Shown here: positions 13,695 to 27,489 of the stretch, one piece after another | Layout: every line of letters begins with the position of its first letter | Position numbering within the stretch: position 1 is the stretch's first letter | NCBI RefSeq assembly: GCF_006345805.1 | Contig: NC_043000.1 | Coordinates: 38,688,001-38,752,000 of the forward strand | From: Octopus sinensis | Lineage: Eukaryota | DNA length: 64,000 nt | Direction of reading: 5' to 3' | Program-made: the position numbers and the translations under genes | Notes under the pieces: model-generated | Told to the model about the DNA's origin: nothing | Seen by the model: the letters and a program-made list of their open reading frames with translations, nothing else | The model's database searches: none

Positions 13695-14799
13695 GTATAT
13701 ATATATAAACACACACACACATATATTTATATAAATATATATATATATATGCACGGAAGCAATATATATATATATATCGCATTATCTATTTGCAATCTAT
13801 GCGTCTTTCCCTGAATCTAATATCAGTCTACTTTACGCCACTAACTCGAAGCAATATAAAACACCGAGTGTTTTACTAACAAAGCTGTCCTTATTTATTG
13901 ACTGGGTGCATTCATCGAATCAGAAACACTTCTCTGCAAAAATATTCATTTTTCTCTTTCATTGCTTGTATTATTATTATTATCTTTATTTTTATTTTAT
14001 TCTTGTATTTATTTATTCTTTTGTTTAATTCTTCCAATGATTATTCCTTTATTTTCGGTAGTTTTGCTATGTTGTTTCTTTATTCAAAATCAGAACCGGC
14101 AAGAAGCTATTTCAATTCATTATTGATCTCGTTGCTGACTGACTATGAACCATTTCTCCTAAAACTGAGTAACCGCAAATCATGGCTTACGGCGCCTAAT
14201 CATATCAATAATTCGTGCAGCGGGAATCTTTTCCAAGTATACGGTTATTTTTGTTGTTAGTTTTACCGTCAGAAATATTGCTATAATTATGCTATTGGGA
14301 TCCGATGACTAGAGATAAGGGTTTTTTATCTTCAGCATCAAACTACTGCAACCATTTACGTATAATGGTAGAGTTTCATTTTTACCAAAAATTAATAACG
14401 CTGACTTTCATTCGTCGATTCTGAAAGGTGTTGCTAAATGTTTTATAATACGAACTGATTATTCCTTTCCCGCTTTTAGTTCCATTTGCCACCTTACAGT
14501 AACAAAATGGCTATATATATAAATATAGGTAATATATATATATATATAATATATATATATATATGCATATATACACACATACATGAACATGCCTAGATAT
14601 ATATGTATATATACATGCATATTTGGGTACAGGACGTCAAAAAAGCGTGAACAAAATGAGAAACGAGAACATAAAAAATAAGAGCATGGAAAACGTACTT
14701 TTTTCGAACAACGAAAGAAACAATTAGAGAAACGTAACAAGCAACATAAACAGCATTCCCTTCATCAGTCGCCCCCTGTTTTATATGCTCTGCGGGCTA

Positions 14800-14839
<40 letters not shown>

Positions 14840-15698
14840 TGCTTGAAACTGTTGTCAAACCGTTTCAATTTCTATGAAGAACAACAGCTGAAAATTCAGT
14901 CTATCATTCTATAGAAAAGTTATATCAATCGATAATCGATAATACATTGATAAATACATCCTTAATTTATTTACACAGACGAAGTAATGAAAATGGAACA
15001 ACAAACTCCACAGGAAATTATTTTCAACTAAGTTTCACCGATTATTTTAATCTGTTATTTTAATGTGCCATTATTTTAATAACTTTATACGTTGAAACAA
15101 ATATATATTATGTAATGTAAATGATATAAGACATTATAAATACGAGATAGGGACAGACAAGTATTGCGTTCACCTACACTACTCCAACTTATCTATCGTG
15201 TTGCGGGAGATCGTATCACCGACAATATTTCTGGCAGAAACGTTAGCACGCCGGGCGAAATGCTTAGCAGTATTTCATCTGTCTTTACGTTCTGAGTTCA
15301 AATTCCACCGAGGTCGACTGTGCCTTTCATCCTTTCGGGGTCGATAAATTAAGTATCAGTTGCGTACTGGGGTTGATCTAATCGACTGGCCCGCCTACTC
15401 CAAAATTTTGGGGCTTGTGCCTAGAGTAGAAAACGAATATTTCTTTCATGACGAGAATCGTCGGGTCAAAAAGTTCGCGGCATTTCTTTCATTTTTATGT
15501 TCTGAGTACAATATTCCCAGTGGTTGTCTTTGCCGTGTTTCCTTTCGAGGTGGATAAAACAAGTACTAGTTAAGTACTGGGTTTGCTGTAACCAACTTAC
15601 CACACGCCTTGTAAATGCTGGCCCTATGCCAAAATTTGAAAGCAATATTTCTTTCATGAGCCCATGATGTAAATAGATTATAACAGATGACCTAATCC

Positions 15699-16005
15699 TA
15701 GAAAATTGCTATTTGTAAATCTCACAACGAGAGATATTCAGCAACAGTACTTTGGAGTAAAGATTGTTCGTTAACATAACGTGGCAGTCCTGGTTTAGGA
15801 CGAATGTTGCTGTAATTTAGCCCCAGGAGACATCGTCTCCGGTTGGCTTTATGACACGATATGTGTCCTTGTTCGAAAATATAAGGACACAGATCGTGTC
15901 GTATAGCCAGCTGGAGACGATGTCTCCTGGGGTTAAATTTCAGGAACATTCGTCTTAAACCAGGACTGCCATGTTATGTTGGCAAACAATCTTTACTCCA
16001 ATCTA
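15699..16005. mobile_element. Second, internally deleted copy of the foldback element, opposite orientation
   Basis: Same arms and same unique tail (reverse-complemented). The hairpin centre is deleted. Flanks atcc / atcg. Confidence 0.75.
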
Positions 16006-16604
16006 ATCGTAGCTGTTAATTTGTATCTATGAGTCAATGCTGAGGCAGGTAGACATAGGAACACTCTTCCACCCTTTCATCGTGCGAACAACGAGCAATA
16101 GCTGGAGGGAAGGAGAGAGAGAGAGAGAGAGAGAGTGTGTGTGTGTGCTGCAACAGCAGTTGTCCGGGACTCATTTTCATTTGAATACAACAGAACAATG
16201 TGAAATGGATTGCCTTTCTCAAGCTCATTTGTAACAAAGATAGAAAACTCCGTCAGTGAAATGTTGATAGCAAAAACAACATTCACATTCTAAAATTGAG
16301 AAATCCTTACATATTTTTATTCTCCGCTTACAGATTGTGTTTTTAATGTGCGTTTTTAATGTGGTTGGAATTAAAACTCCAGATTTTACAGATTGTCACT
16401 TAGGTATTTACTCGCAAAACCAAGTGCACAAATTACCATTGGTACACATATTTATATAGAAGCTGATGGTTTCGATGCGATTATCCGTTGTTATCCTCTT
16501 TCTGTTTGGTTTTTGAAGAGATATTCACACCATCGTGGTAGCTTGTCTCTCTGATGGTGTATATTTTTTCTTGCCTGTCTCAAATAAAAATGTCTGTCTG
16601 ATTA

Positions 16605-17418
16605 CACTGGACAACAAAGATTTTGCTACTGGGGTAAAAGCATGTGTTTGAGACAAATTCAAGGCTGCTGGTTCCGAATCTGCACTCAGAATTGTTCTAG
16701 CACATCAGGAGTTTGAGTTGTAAAGATGCACAAGATTATAACTAAATTTTCGGTTAGATATAGGCCATATTATAAATTTGTTAAAAGAAAAGCGGTCTTA
16801 ATTCAAAATTTAAAAAATAATAGCAATAAAACAAACGATGAGAAAGTTCATTATTTAGTTTAGCAAAAGATGGCGCTGAGGTATTGTGTGCAAGTGCCAA
16901 ATACGTCAGTGTTGTTTGCCCAGCCATCACGTATGCTATGTGTATCTCTCGCACTGCGTGATTACTGTTTTAATAGTGTTAGATTATGAATAGGAGAGGC
17001 TGTGTGTATCACCCAGACAACTTTTGTTATGTCTGTGCAGAAGAACATTGCCACCAAATTAAAAATTGCCTATAAATATTATTTCGGGTGTAAGGTTGGG
17101 GACCAAGACAAGAGGTGGGCACGTCATATATGCTGCACAGTGTGTTACTTAGGACTTACACACCGGCTGAATGGAAAACGGAAGAGAATGCATTTTGCTG
17201 TACCAATAGTATGGCATGAGCCAAGCAATCATGTCTCTGATTGTTACTTTTGCATGACTAACAGTAGTGGTTTCTCAAAGAAAACTGAAGTATAACTCAA
17301 AGTCCTGACGTACTGCAGCACTTCTGAGTCCAGATCCGGAATCAGCTTACGCGATTTAGTTTAATACAGCACCATTTGTCTGGGTAGCAGACAATAAATT
17401 TATTTCTCTTGCCCAGCG
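16605..17418 (+). mobile_element. Internally deleted Chapaev3-type (CMC) DNA transposon
   Basis: Ends cactggacaa... / ...ttgcccagcg with tta / cta flanks. Frameshifted N-terminal transposase MNRRGCVYHPDNFCYVC / AYKYYFGCKVGDQDKRWARHICCTVC...MHFAVPIVWHEPSNHVSDCYFCMT matches the Chapa Zn-finger region. Confidence 0.75.
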
Positions 17419-17667
17419 CTATGCTCGCACTTGGTAGATGCTTTCATAACAATGTTCCACCAATATTCCATGTACATGTCCTTGTCTATACAGGAAGGTT
17501 TTCTGTATTTATCCCAGGACACGGTGTTTACATATGCATTTATGAATAAACGAATGTGTGTAGGTATGAATGTAAGTATGAATGTATATGTGTATGAATG
17601 TACATTTAAATGTATGCATAAATGAATGCATGTTCGTAAGTGTATATTCATACGTACATGTCTATAT

Positions 17668-18170
17668 GTCATTATTCAGTTTATTTCAAGATTTCTTGCC
17701 AATAGATAAAGAGCCGGTTTATAACCTAGATCCAGGGCTCCTTCATTGGAATTTCAACACAAACGACAGGGTATTTTTATTTGTATGTATGTGTGTGTAT
17801 GTTTTATGTATGTATTCTCATGCACATAGCTGCATATCTAGACATGCTCATATATATTTAAATGATAAACTTCTGGAAAGTTTTACAGACTTTTACAATT
17901 CCACTGATGGATTGGATCTGTAGTCTTCGAATTAGCTTTCTCCTTTCTGGTTCTGAGAAGCCTCATTTCTCAAGTTTGTTATTTAAGCAGTGTGTTATAT
18001 ATCCCAGGGCACCAATAATTTCACGTATAAACCTGAACTTGTAATCTGGAAATAGAAGATCTCTCAATAGTTCTGCATAGGTGTTTTTTTTTTCACTGAT
18101 TTTCAACTTTATGTCACCACCCGCCAGGCTGTTAATTTCCACTACTGTGCACAGTTTATCTTCTCTGTCG
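17668..18170 (-). mobile_element. Same REL LINE family as 30103, shorter copy
   Basis: REDKLCTVVEINSLAGGDIKLKISEK...YAELLRDL..PDYKFRFI..IIGALGY. 3' UTR aligns with 30110-30480. TATG-type repeats on both sides. Confidence 0.8.
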
Positions 18171-19439
18171 TCTCTATATATGTATATGTGTATGTATGTA
18201 TGTATGGTTTCCATAAATGTAACCGAAATGCTACACAATGTCTAGTGTTATATTATATCATCGTGGAACTATAATTATTTCTAACACACTTAATGTAACC
18301 AACAAGTCATTTAAACCTTGGATTAATTACTAAACCTGCTCAAGAATATTAGTCGTGACAACAAATCTGAGATAACAAAAGATGTTGGCTGAATGCTGCG
18401 AGTAAAAAAGGAAATTGGTGTTAGTAAGCCCTGGATAATCCCTGATTTAGTAAAGAGAAATGTCATGTGATGCGAGTGTTTTCTGGTCTGAACATATCAT
18501 CCTCACACCCGCTTCCTCAACTCCGCTCCCTCCCAGCAGTTTCAGAGAATCACTGAAAAAGACGATCAGGGTTACCTATAGCTCTATGACAAAGCGATAA
18601 TTACATCTTAACACAAAATGGCGTACATTGGCAATGTCCTCATAAATTTCGCAGCTTAAACCGCGCATCTAAGTAATTTTGAAAGGTTTAACAATTACAA
18701 GCCTTTTCAACATAAGCCGCTCAATTGCTTCAGATACTTTACTTCTGAGAGGAAAACACATTGATTTTATCGATATCAATATCGATTATGAAGCAATGAA
18801 ATAGTTCAGTACCTTATGAACTCTCTAACTATTTCACTTTAGATTCACCTTAAATTCTCCTTTGTATTACATTCACGGAACAATCGGTCGGTTCTGGTTT
18901 ATCAAGAAAAGCAGTTTGAAATGCGGCGAACCGGACTACGTACTTAGTGGTATTTCTTCCGGCCTGACGTTTTGAGTTCGAATGCCAATGCGGCCGATTC
19001 TTCTTTTCATCGTTTTAGGATCGATAATATATATGCCAGTAGAGCACTGGTACTCATTCTAACGGTCTACATGCTGTGCCGCAAAGTTGCGGGGACGTAA
19101 ACACACCGATACCGGCTATCAAGCGGTGATGGGAAACAAACACAGATACAAAAAAACACACACATAAATATATATATGCATATACGACGGGCGTCTTTCA
19201 GTTTCCATCTACCAAACCCACCCAGAAGACTTTGGTCTGCCCGAGGCTAAAGCAGGAAACACTTGCCCAAGGTGTCCCGTGGTGGGACTGAAACTAGAAC
19301 CATGTGGTTGGGAAGCAAGCTTCTTACCACACAGCCACTCCTGTTCAATATATTTTGTTCAAATTTGGATATCCTAAAGAAGATGCCTGGCCCATGAGTC
19401 TTTCAGGGCTTCAGAGACGCGGGAAATTCACGAACTTAG

Positions 19440-19760
19440 TAAATCGTTTAAACTGTGAATACCAGTAGAGAGGAAACTCCATTAGCCCCATGTTCTAAGA
19501 AAGAAGAATCAGGCGTAATAGGTAGGTACGAGGAAATAAGAGGGTTGGACATAGCAAGGGTGACAAAAAATGGAGAGACGAATGGATTGAGTGGTAACTG
19601 AAGGATGAAGGTATGAGAGTAGCCAATGCTGAGGAGCAGAGATTGTTATAGTATCGATAGAAAAGAGAGCCCGAGGGGAAAGTATATCTATAGGCCAAAG
19701 TCTGGAGGGTGTCCGTTAGTGAGAGAATGCCAGTCAGACGAGTGGACTTCTCTCAGAACA
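19440..19760 (-). mobile_element. Decayed LINE ORF2 C-terminus (CR1/Jockey-like)
   Basis: LQTLAYR...SLFYRYYNNLCSSALATLIP...FPRT resembles the LxxLxHRR..SLFYRYY.G.CS.ELA LINE C-terminal motif. Confidence 0.5.
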
Positions 19761-19990
19761 ATGTGTGTACAGAACTTCATGACATATATTAAAAATTAAT
19801 TCTATATTAATCACGTTCTAGTTAAGTCCAGAGTATACTTCATGTCTTTCAGAATTGTCTCTGTTTAGCATTGTTGACGCATTTATGAAGAGAACATCAA
19901 ATAATAAACAAAAACGCACATAAGAACGCATTCAATTCATTAAGGAGAATGCGTATTTAGTAAATAATGAAAATTGATTTCTGAACTTAC

Positions 19991-20056
19991 CAATGACATC
20001 GCTGCAATGCTTGTCACATGTTGTGGCAGCCTCATACTCATCAAAACAAGGCTTGG
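19991..20056 (-). CDS. Small internal exon (66 bp, phase 1-1), Cys-rich linker; absent from the ORF track
   Basis: Acceptor atatttttcag| and donor G|gtaagt. Open frame TKPCFDEYEAATTCDKHCSDVIG continues the 21707 exon in phase. Confidence 0.75.
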
Positions 20057-20139
20057 CTGAAAAATATTCGGAAATATGCTATACAGACGCCATCTTAAAT
20101 TTTAGAATTCGTTTAGTAAAACCTTTTGTTACATACACA

Positions 20140-20432
20140 CAGTGGCGGACTGGCCAGTTTGCCATCTTGCCCGATGGCAAGTGGGCCCCTGTGCCATTAG
20201 AATCCATACATGGGGGCTCATGTTAGTATCTAAGGAGCCCATCCCTTCAAGTTTGAGAATGTTTTACTCACTACTGGAAAAATGCATTAATTATTTCAGC
20301 CTGGCTGTGTTTGTAGACTGTTGGAAAGAATACTTTAAAAGAAAAAGGAAAAATTCAACGATAGCATTGTAGTTACGGGTGGGCCCCCTTAGTCTACTGG
20401 CAACCAATACTTTTAGACCCAGTCCGCGACTG
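20140..20432. mobile_element. hAT-type MITE
   Basis: TIRs cagtggcggactgg / ccagtccgcgactg (13 of 14 match). Internal gggcccc motifs. TSD degraded. Confidence 0.65.
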
Positions 20433-20479
20433 AACACATACATAGGCAAGTATACACCCCTGACATACACACAAACACA

Positions 20480-20545
<66 letters not shown>

Positions 20546-21706
20546 TGATAGGTAAAGGACAAATCAACTCAATTATGCTTGAACATAAATTAGATTCAGG
20601 AAGATGTCGCTACAAACACTAATTGCATTTTCAGATGAACAGACGCAAAGTCTTTCAAATAATTTAGAATCGAAATTACTACCGATATTGCTTCTAAAGA
20701 AACTCACTTTTTCCCCCCATTGAATTTTATCATTTCTCTCCGCAATTCTCTCTATTATATATTTTCTTTCACTAGTTTAAGGCATTACACTGCGGCCATG
20801 CTGGGGCATCACCTTGACGGATTTTTAGTCGAATGAATCGAGCCCAGTGCTTATTCTTTTAAAGTCTGGAATAATCAGAGCATACATATTCGACGGTCTT
20901 CTTCCAGTTTCCGCTTACCGAATCCACTCACAAGACTTTGAGCGACCCGAGATTATAGTCGAAAACACTTTTCTAAGATGCCACGCAGTGGGAATGATCC
21001 CAGAACCATATGATTTGCAAGCAAGCTTCTTATCACACAGCCACGCTTCTAATTTCTTAATAGATGGATATTTCAGTCACTTAAATTCCGTTGGTCGATT
21101 CATCAAATGCATTTGCCGATAATTTCCATGTACTTAATCTCTTCAGATTATCGGCGCATAATGCCCCAAATGCCTTTGACACTAATCTCTTCGAAACAGG
21201 CAGGCATTTGCTGCGTTGAAAGCTTTGGCCTTAATGTAATATATTTCCAATCACGAGTCGATAATATGACAATCTAAGCATATTCGCTCTATTTCAATTC
21301 ACCAATAAAAGCAATAAATATTTTGCTGCAAATGTTCTAAGTTTATTACTTAATGCCATACTCTACATCTTAGATCTACTGTTTTAACTGGAAAATTCCA
21401 ATTATATTTCCAGAAAGTGGTCGAATATAAAATAATGCGACGCTAGTTAATCTTGTTACTTACAGGAGTTTATAGTAAAAGCCTAGAGATTAACTGATAA
21501 ATTTAACGAATATCTATGTTTCTGCAGCAAACTGGTTGCAATAAACCATAATTTTCGTATTCAAAACCGGCGACTTGCAGATTAACTATTACAGCTTCGG
21601 AATATTAATCAGATAAGATGGCCTTTCATCTAAATATTGCCGATATTAAATACCATATAGGAAAGTGTGTGATATCAGTGTGACATAAAACGAGATGTAT
21701 ACTTAC

Positions 21707-22024
21707 TGACAAGCCCTGAAGGCCAGCGCAAACGCATCGCTCCTCGTGTACCACTGCGAAATTCCGCCCATTGGACAACATTTCCACAATGCATAAATAC
21801 ACAGGACTGATACATGCTTCGAATTGCTTGGCGCTTCATTTCATAATCCCAGATGTTAAAGTGACTTAAATCACCGACAAAAGCATAAGTGGTGTCAAAA
21901 TAAGCGCCTTCTCGAGAAGCTTGACCGAGAACCAGTTCTCCATCCGAAGGAATTGCTTTATTCACCGATGCACCACGTCCGCTTTGTCTTTTCGTGCCAT
22001 TGACGTAAAGACGCCAATTACCAT
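21707..22024 (-). CDS. Internal exon (318 bp, phase 1-1): C-terminal half of the pentraxin/LamG-like domain
   Basis: Acceptor ttttttcag| and donor |gtaagt. Translation DGNWRLYVNG...IPSDGELVLGQ...FDTTYAFVGDLSHFNIWD...GNVVQW is a classic pentraxin C-half. It joins the previous exon as TWRMH-DGNWRLYVNG. Confidence 0.92.
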
Positions 22025-23846
22025 CTGAAAAAAAAAGTAACAAAACATATTAATATAGCCGCAAAGTCACTGATTCAGTTTTTTTTTTATAGAATTATAA
22101 TTTCTTTACAACATCAATCAATACACTGGCTTTTTTGTGCTTTCACATATTTTTCTGTTGTTTTAATTACTTTTGTGAACTCTATTATTGTGTACACATA
22201 TCTCTTTATAGATCAACTATGATATTTCATCATTTTAATACAAAATTATATGGTTAAATTGTTGACAATAATAAGACAATACAAACTGCATTGAAATCAA
22301 TATACGCTATTTGTACGCATGAACAAAATAATTTACAACAGAATAGAAACGAAACTGCGTGACGTCCATGTTTTTTCTTCTTTGAGACATTATCATTGCA
22401 AAAACAAGCGATATGGCAACAGATACATTGACCCAGAGCTAGCTGATAGCATATGCCTAGTCTATAAAAGCTGTTATTAAATGGCTTTTATACTGTTTTA
22501 AATAAAATAAACTAGAAAGAGCATTCTAAAGCAAATGGGTCGCCATCTTGGCAATAAAAATATGACACTCAATGGATCTGTGTTTCGATGGATCAAAATT
22601 ATTTCGTTCACTTTATATTCAAGTTAATATTATACGCAAAACACTCAAAAAGATTGCTATTTATATGTTTAATATATAAAATTCTACATTTCTCTCATAT
22701 TTATGAACAAGCTGCTACTGTATTTTGAGCGTCTTGAATACTGAATAATTGAACAATGCATAGGCAATTAATTTATCATATTATATTCAAACAGTGTATT
22801 GGATAGACAACAGCTAATAGAAAAATGACACTGAATGTGTCTGGTCCAAATTACATTTTTGTAAAACACGACGAAAAAAAGAAACCAATCTCTTCGTATG
22901 ATGATAATACAAAACAAGAAGTACACACAAACATACATATTCTTTAAACAAAAATGATTAGGATAAATAATGCAGGGAGGCTAATGGCATGTATCTGAAC
23001 AGCATAGCTAAATGCTTGTATATCAAATACGTTATAATATAAATTGTTGATTTATAAAATTTATCTCCTCCTCTCAAGGTCGTATCATAATGACCAAATG
23101 GCAATTGAGGCCGGATCCATTCGAGAAGTTGAAATAATCTAAGGCTTCTCTTTACTCTCCATATTCGGATTCCCTTCCTGACTTATCTCCCATCAATAAT
23201 TACAACTGCTGCGATGCCCTTTCATCGGGCTTAAAGTTGAGAAATTGTTTTTGATATTGGTACGAACACACAAAACAAATGCGGTGTAAATGAAAAATAA
23301 CCCCAACATCCAGAAGGGGCCGTAGGAACTTCGTCATTTCACAATGTATGTTTGCGAGAATAATCAACTTAATAGAGTATACACTCAAATTAACATATGT
23401 CTGTAATAATAGCCGGGTGGTTGTTCGGCTGATATCTCTCGTCATGCATTGCATTAGAGAGTGGTAGAGTGGTAGTAAAAGAAATAATGATAGAGTGAAA
23501 GAGGGAACGGGAGAGAAACAGAGATACAGAGAGAGAGAGAGAAATTGAGAGGAGAAAAGAGATATAGAGTGGATTAACGTATTAAGCAAAGTGGAGGTAG
23601 CATGAGTCTAGACAGCTATGCAAAGCAGAGCCGTTATAGTAGCGGTAGAGAATAAACGGGAGAGGATGGTGTACTAGTGACAATCAGTAGGAAACTTCAA
23701 TATGTGAACAGAAATGGCAACACAAAGGGCAATAATAACGACAACAACAAGCATGAGAACTCTTCCTGATCAACTCTTCTCAGAAACCAGAAAAATTGTA
23801 CAGCTAAAAAGGCCGGCACCAAGACAGGATGTAATCATGTTTAATG

Positions 23847-23923
<77 letters not shown>

Positions 23924-23924
23924 G

Positions 23925-23963
<39 letters not shown>

Positions 23964-23966
23964 TCT

Positions 23967-24419
23967 AAGGATGGCACGTATGAATGACGAAGCCACCTTG
24001 AGCATGATCCTATGAACCGTAAAAATTAATACAGAGAGTTGCTTATTTGCAAAAAAAAAAAAAAAAAAGAAATATAACATGTGACTTCATTGACCGAGGT
24101 TACCGTGGTCTTTTCCGTAGGCTTTTCTTTCCACGGGTAAACCTCACCTGTCCTCCCCTTTACACTTCATATTGACATTTCTGTGATAACGATCCCTATT
24201 GATCAATTTTTTCCTCTCCCCTTTTTTTTTTAACCCCCCCTTTTTTTTGTCCTCTTTCTCTCCTTTTACGATCCCTTTTGATCGACCCCCCCTTTTTTAT
24301 TTTATTCTTATTTTATTTTTTATTTTTTATTTTTTTTATTTTTTAAACCTTCAAAAGAAAAGCTCTACCTTGTAATTTGTTCTATCTGTGTGCAGCCCTG
24401 TGTGGCTAATAAAGAAACA
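23967..24419 (+). mobile_element. L1/Tx1-like 3' end inserted in (TATC)n
   Basis: Short ORF tail [15 protein letters not shown], pyrimidine-rich 3' UTR, and AATAAA immediately before (ATCT)n. (ATCT)n on both sides. Clade assignment is tentative. Confidence 0.5.
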
Positions 24420-24434
24420 TATCTATCTATCTAC

Positions 24435-24477
<43 letters not shown>

Positions 24478-24478
24478 G

Positions 24479-24541
<63 letters not shown>

Positions 24542-25134
24542 GTTGTCTGTCTTTCTGTCTATCTATCTAGGTGTGTATCTGTGTGTCCGTCTGTTTATCT
24601 ATCTATCAGTGTGTGTGCGCGCGCGCTTCTGTTCCTAGCATCTGATTAAGTTATCCGGTGAAAACCAGTATGTCCGGGTACTTCTTTTCATGTCAGGACG
24701 AAAACTTGCCGGTTCGATAAAGAGAGAATGAGAAATAGTCTAACCGAACTAAATATGTGCGAGGGGTCGATGAGATCGAATCCAACCTTGAATAGCACTG
24801 CTCTAGCGTGGCCGCACTGCAATGAATGAAAGCCTTAAGCGAATAAAAGACAACCTGTATGAATGTATAAGGAAAAAATAGGCTGCTAGCTTTGAGCGTG
24901 AATGTATCGGAAACAAATAGCCCACAAGCAACAGCTTGTTATATTGAGCAAACAAGCTTTTTATTCGGTTAGCTTGCAGGTAATGACATGTAAACGTTGT
25001 ACAAACCACATATTGATTCTTACAGACGTTTGTGGCGTTGGTGAGCCTCATAAGTGATCGGTGGTGGTTGACATCCAAGGAGTTCGATTAAGTTTTGCTT
25101 TGTATTGAATAAGTATCTTACTACTTTAAAATAG

Positions 25135-25228
25135 CAGATAGCTGGATAGATAGATTGATGGATAGATAGATAGATAGACAAATAGATACATATACAGACA
25201 GACAGAGAGATAGATAGACAGATAAATG

Positions 25229-25278
<50 letters not shown>

Positions 25279-25283
25279 CAGAC

Positions 25284-25369
<86 letters not shown>

Positions 25370-25376
25370 CTAGATG
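25135..25376. repeat. (GATA)n microsatellite; similar arrays at 23847-23966, 24420-24570, 35897-35995
   Basis: Seen directly. Confidence 0.95.
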
Positions 25377-25490
25377 GAAGTATAAAAACAAATATACGCT
25401 GAGGCTCAGAAGATCATACGGAAATTTATATAAATTGATGTCAGTGCGCGTGTCGTTGTACGTGTGCGTATATATATGTATATATATATA

Positions 25491-25524
25491 TCTATAATAT
25501 AAATCTCTTTCTGTGTGTGTGTGT

Positions 25525-25562
<38 letters not shown>

Positions 25563-27440
25563 GGTGGTTGTGTGTGTGTAAAACATTATAATGGCCGTAT
25601 TTTTCAACTGATTTTCTCCAAACTGGGAACATACATTACTTACGTTCGGAGATGGTTTGAGATTCTTAAAATCTTTCACCTAATGAATAACGCTCCCATC
25701 CGCTGAAGGCAAAAAATACTTGTCCCTGGGTTACATGGAGAATGGATGTAACCCTTTGCGAAGTAACTTTCAGAAAAAAGTATTATAATTTCACCTTATA
25801 TACAAATTAGAGATATATGTGTATCCGCTTTTCACGCGTATCTCCATCTCTCTATATCTCACTATCTATATCTGTCTATCCATCTCTATCTCTATACCGA
25901 TCTATATCTCTGTATCTATCTGTCTATGTTTTATCTATATATATCTCTCTATATTATTTGTCTAACTAGCTATCTCTCTCTCCTCTCTCTATATATATAT
26001 TTCACTCACTCTTTATTGTTTTCACTTTCATATTTCAGACATCATTATTTTCACTTAAAGTTCAATCGCTATTGTTTCTCTGTAAGTTTTCAATCACTAT
26101 TTACAAACAATAATGACAAAAATTCTGACAAAAATGACTGATGAAAGTAATTTCACACATTATTTACTAACTGAAGTAATTCATAAATTTCACTTCAATC
26201 CGTACACGTCGTTAAATTTGCCTACAAATTTCTAATTTAATTTTGCAAGGTTTTGTGTTTTTTTGTTGTTGACGGAATTACTGATAAAAGTAAGTTCATA
26301 ATTTACTGACGGAAGTAACTTCAAAAATCTCTCTTAAATCAGTACACTTAGTTAATTTCCATAAAAATTTCTTATTTACTTTTGCAACAGTTTTGTGTTA
26401 TTTTGTTGTTAACGGATTTGTTCTGGTTCCTTCGATACTGGCTCTTTGGTTCACTGCTATTTTTCGTTTCAACCCGTACAATTCTTTAGTTTCCATAAAA
26501 ATTTTTTATTTACTTTCTACCCGTCGTATTAAGAAATATAATTTCTGTTACCTAGTTAATTTCATTGTTTACTATCTTCTGCACCTGTGTATTTATGTGT
26601 ATGTATATAACCATGTCTAGAAGGAAAGTGTCTTTATCCAGGCAAAAAGAGACAGCTGCAGAAAGGGAAGTATACCAAGAAATGAACGGACTGTGTACTA
26701 CAAAATCTTCTCAAAGTGATGACCAGCTGTTAAGGAATAGGATCTTCACTGCAGAACAAAGGTCAGAGAAGCAACTTCAATGAAGCAGCTTTCATTGATG
26801 ATCCAGCAGTTCATTATGCAGATGATGCTAGAGTTTCCATTGGTGCAATGACAACTGAGTGCATACAGTGCAAAACAAGCAAGTGACCTGGAGAGACACA
26901 TGTACTGTGCTACAGTGCTGAAAAGGTTAAACTCCCTGCAATCTCCTAATCTCCAGAGCTATTGGTCATCAACTGAACATGATTCCAAGCACTTCAAAAA
27001 CAAAATCGGACAATACAACGCGTGACTACAGATGACATTATTTCGAGCCACAATAGATTTAACTAAGCCAGGATTCATGCAAACTTTCAAGATCCAATGT
27101 CAGATTTATCATCGGATTGGCTCTCTACTACCGCTGTCAAATGAGTCGCCAAAATCGGCTCTTCATTGCTTATAATCTGTACCTGTTTTTTGGTTACGAA
27201 ATAAGCTACACAACATATGTTTTTGAAATACGCGTATCTACTTTATATACATATATGAGTTGAAAACCTTCTTTTAAAATTTCACTTGACGTCTACGTTC
27301 CATGGTGACATGGGTTGGAAAGTTATTAATGTAGAAAGTTGGTATCTCAGCTACCAACAGCTGAGACCTTCGAGATCTAGACGGCGTTTTTAAATTTCCT
27401 TATTCTATTTAACCCGGGCAAGGCCGGGTATATCTGCTAG
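25491..27440 (+). mobile_element. Non-autonomous Helitron with a decayed Rep-helicase N-terminal fragment
   Basis: Starts a|TCTATAATATAAA. 3' hairpin acccgg..ccgggt (27412-27429) then CTAG at 27437-27440. Region 26790-27155 translates with stops to VSIGAMTTECIQCK..PGE...KVKLP...SKHF..KIGQYN..QMT...GFMQTFKIQCQIYHRIGSLLP. Confidence 0.8.
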
Positions 27441-27441
27441 A

Positions 27442-27481
<40 letters not shown>

Positions 27482-27489
<8 letters not shown>

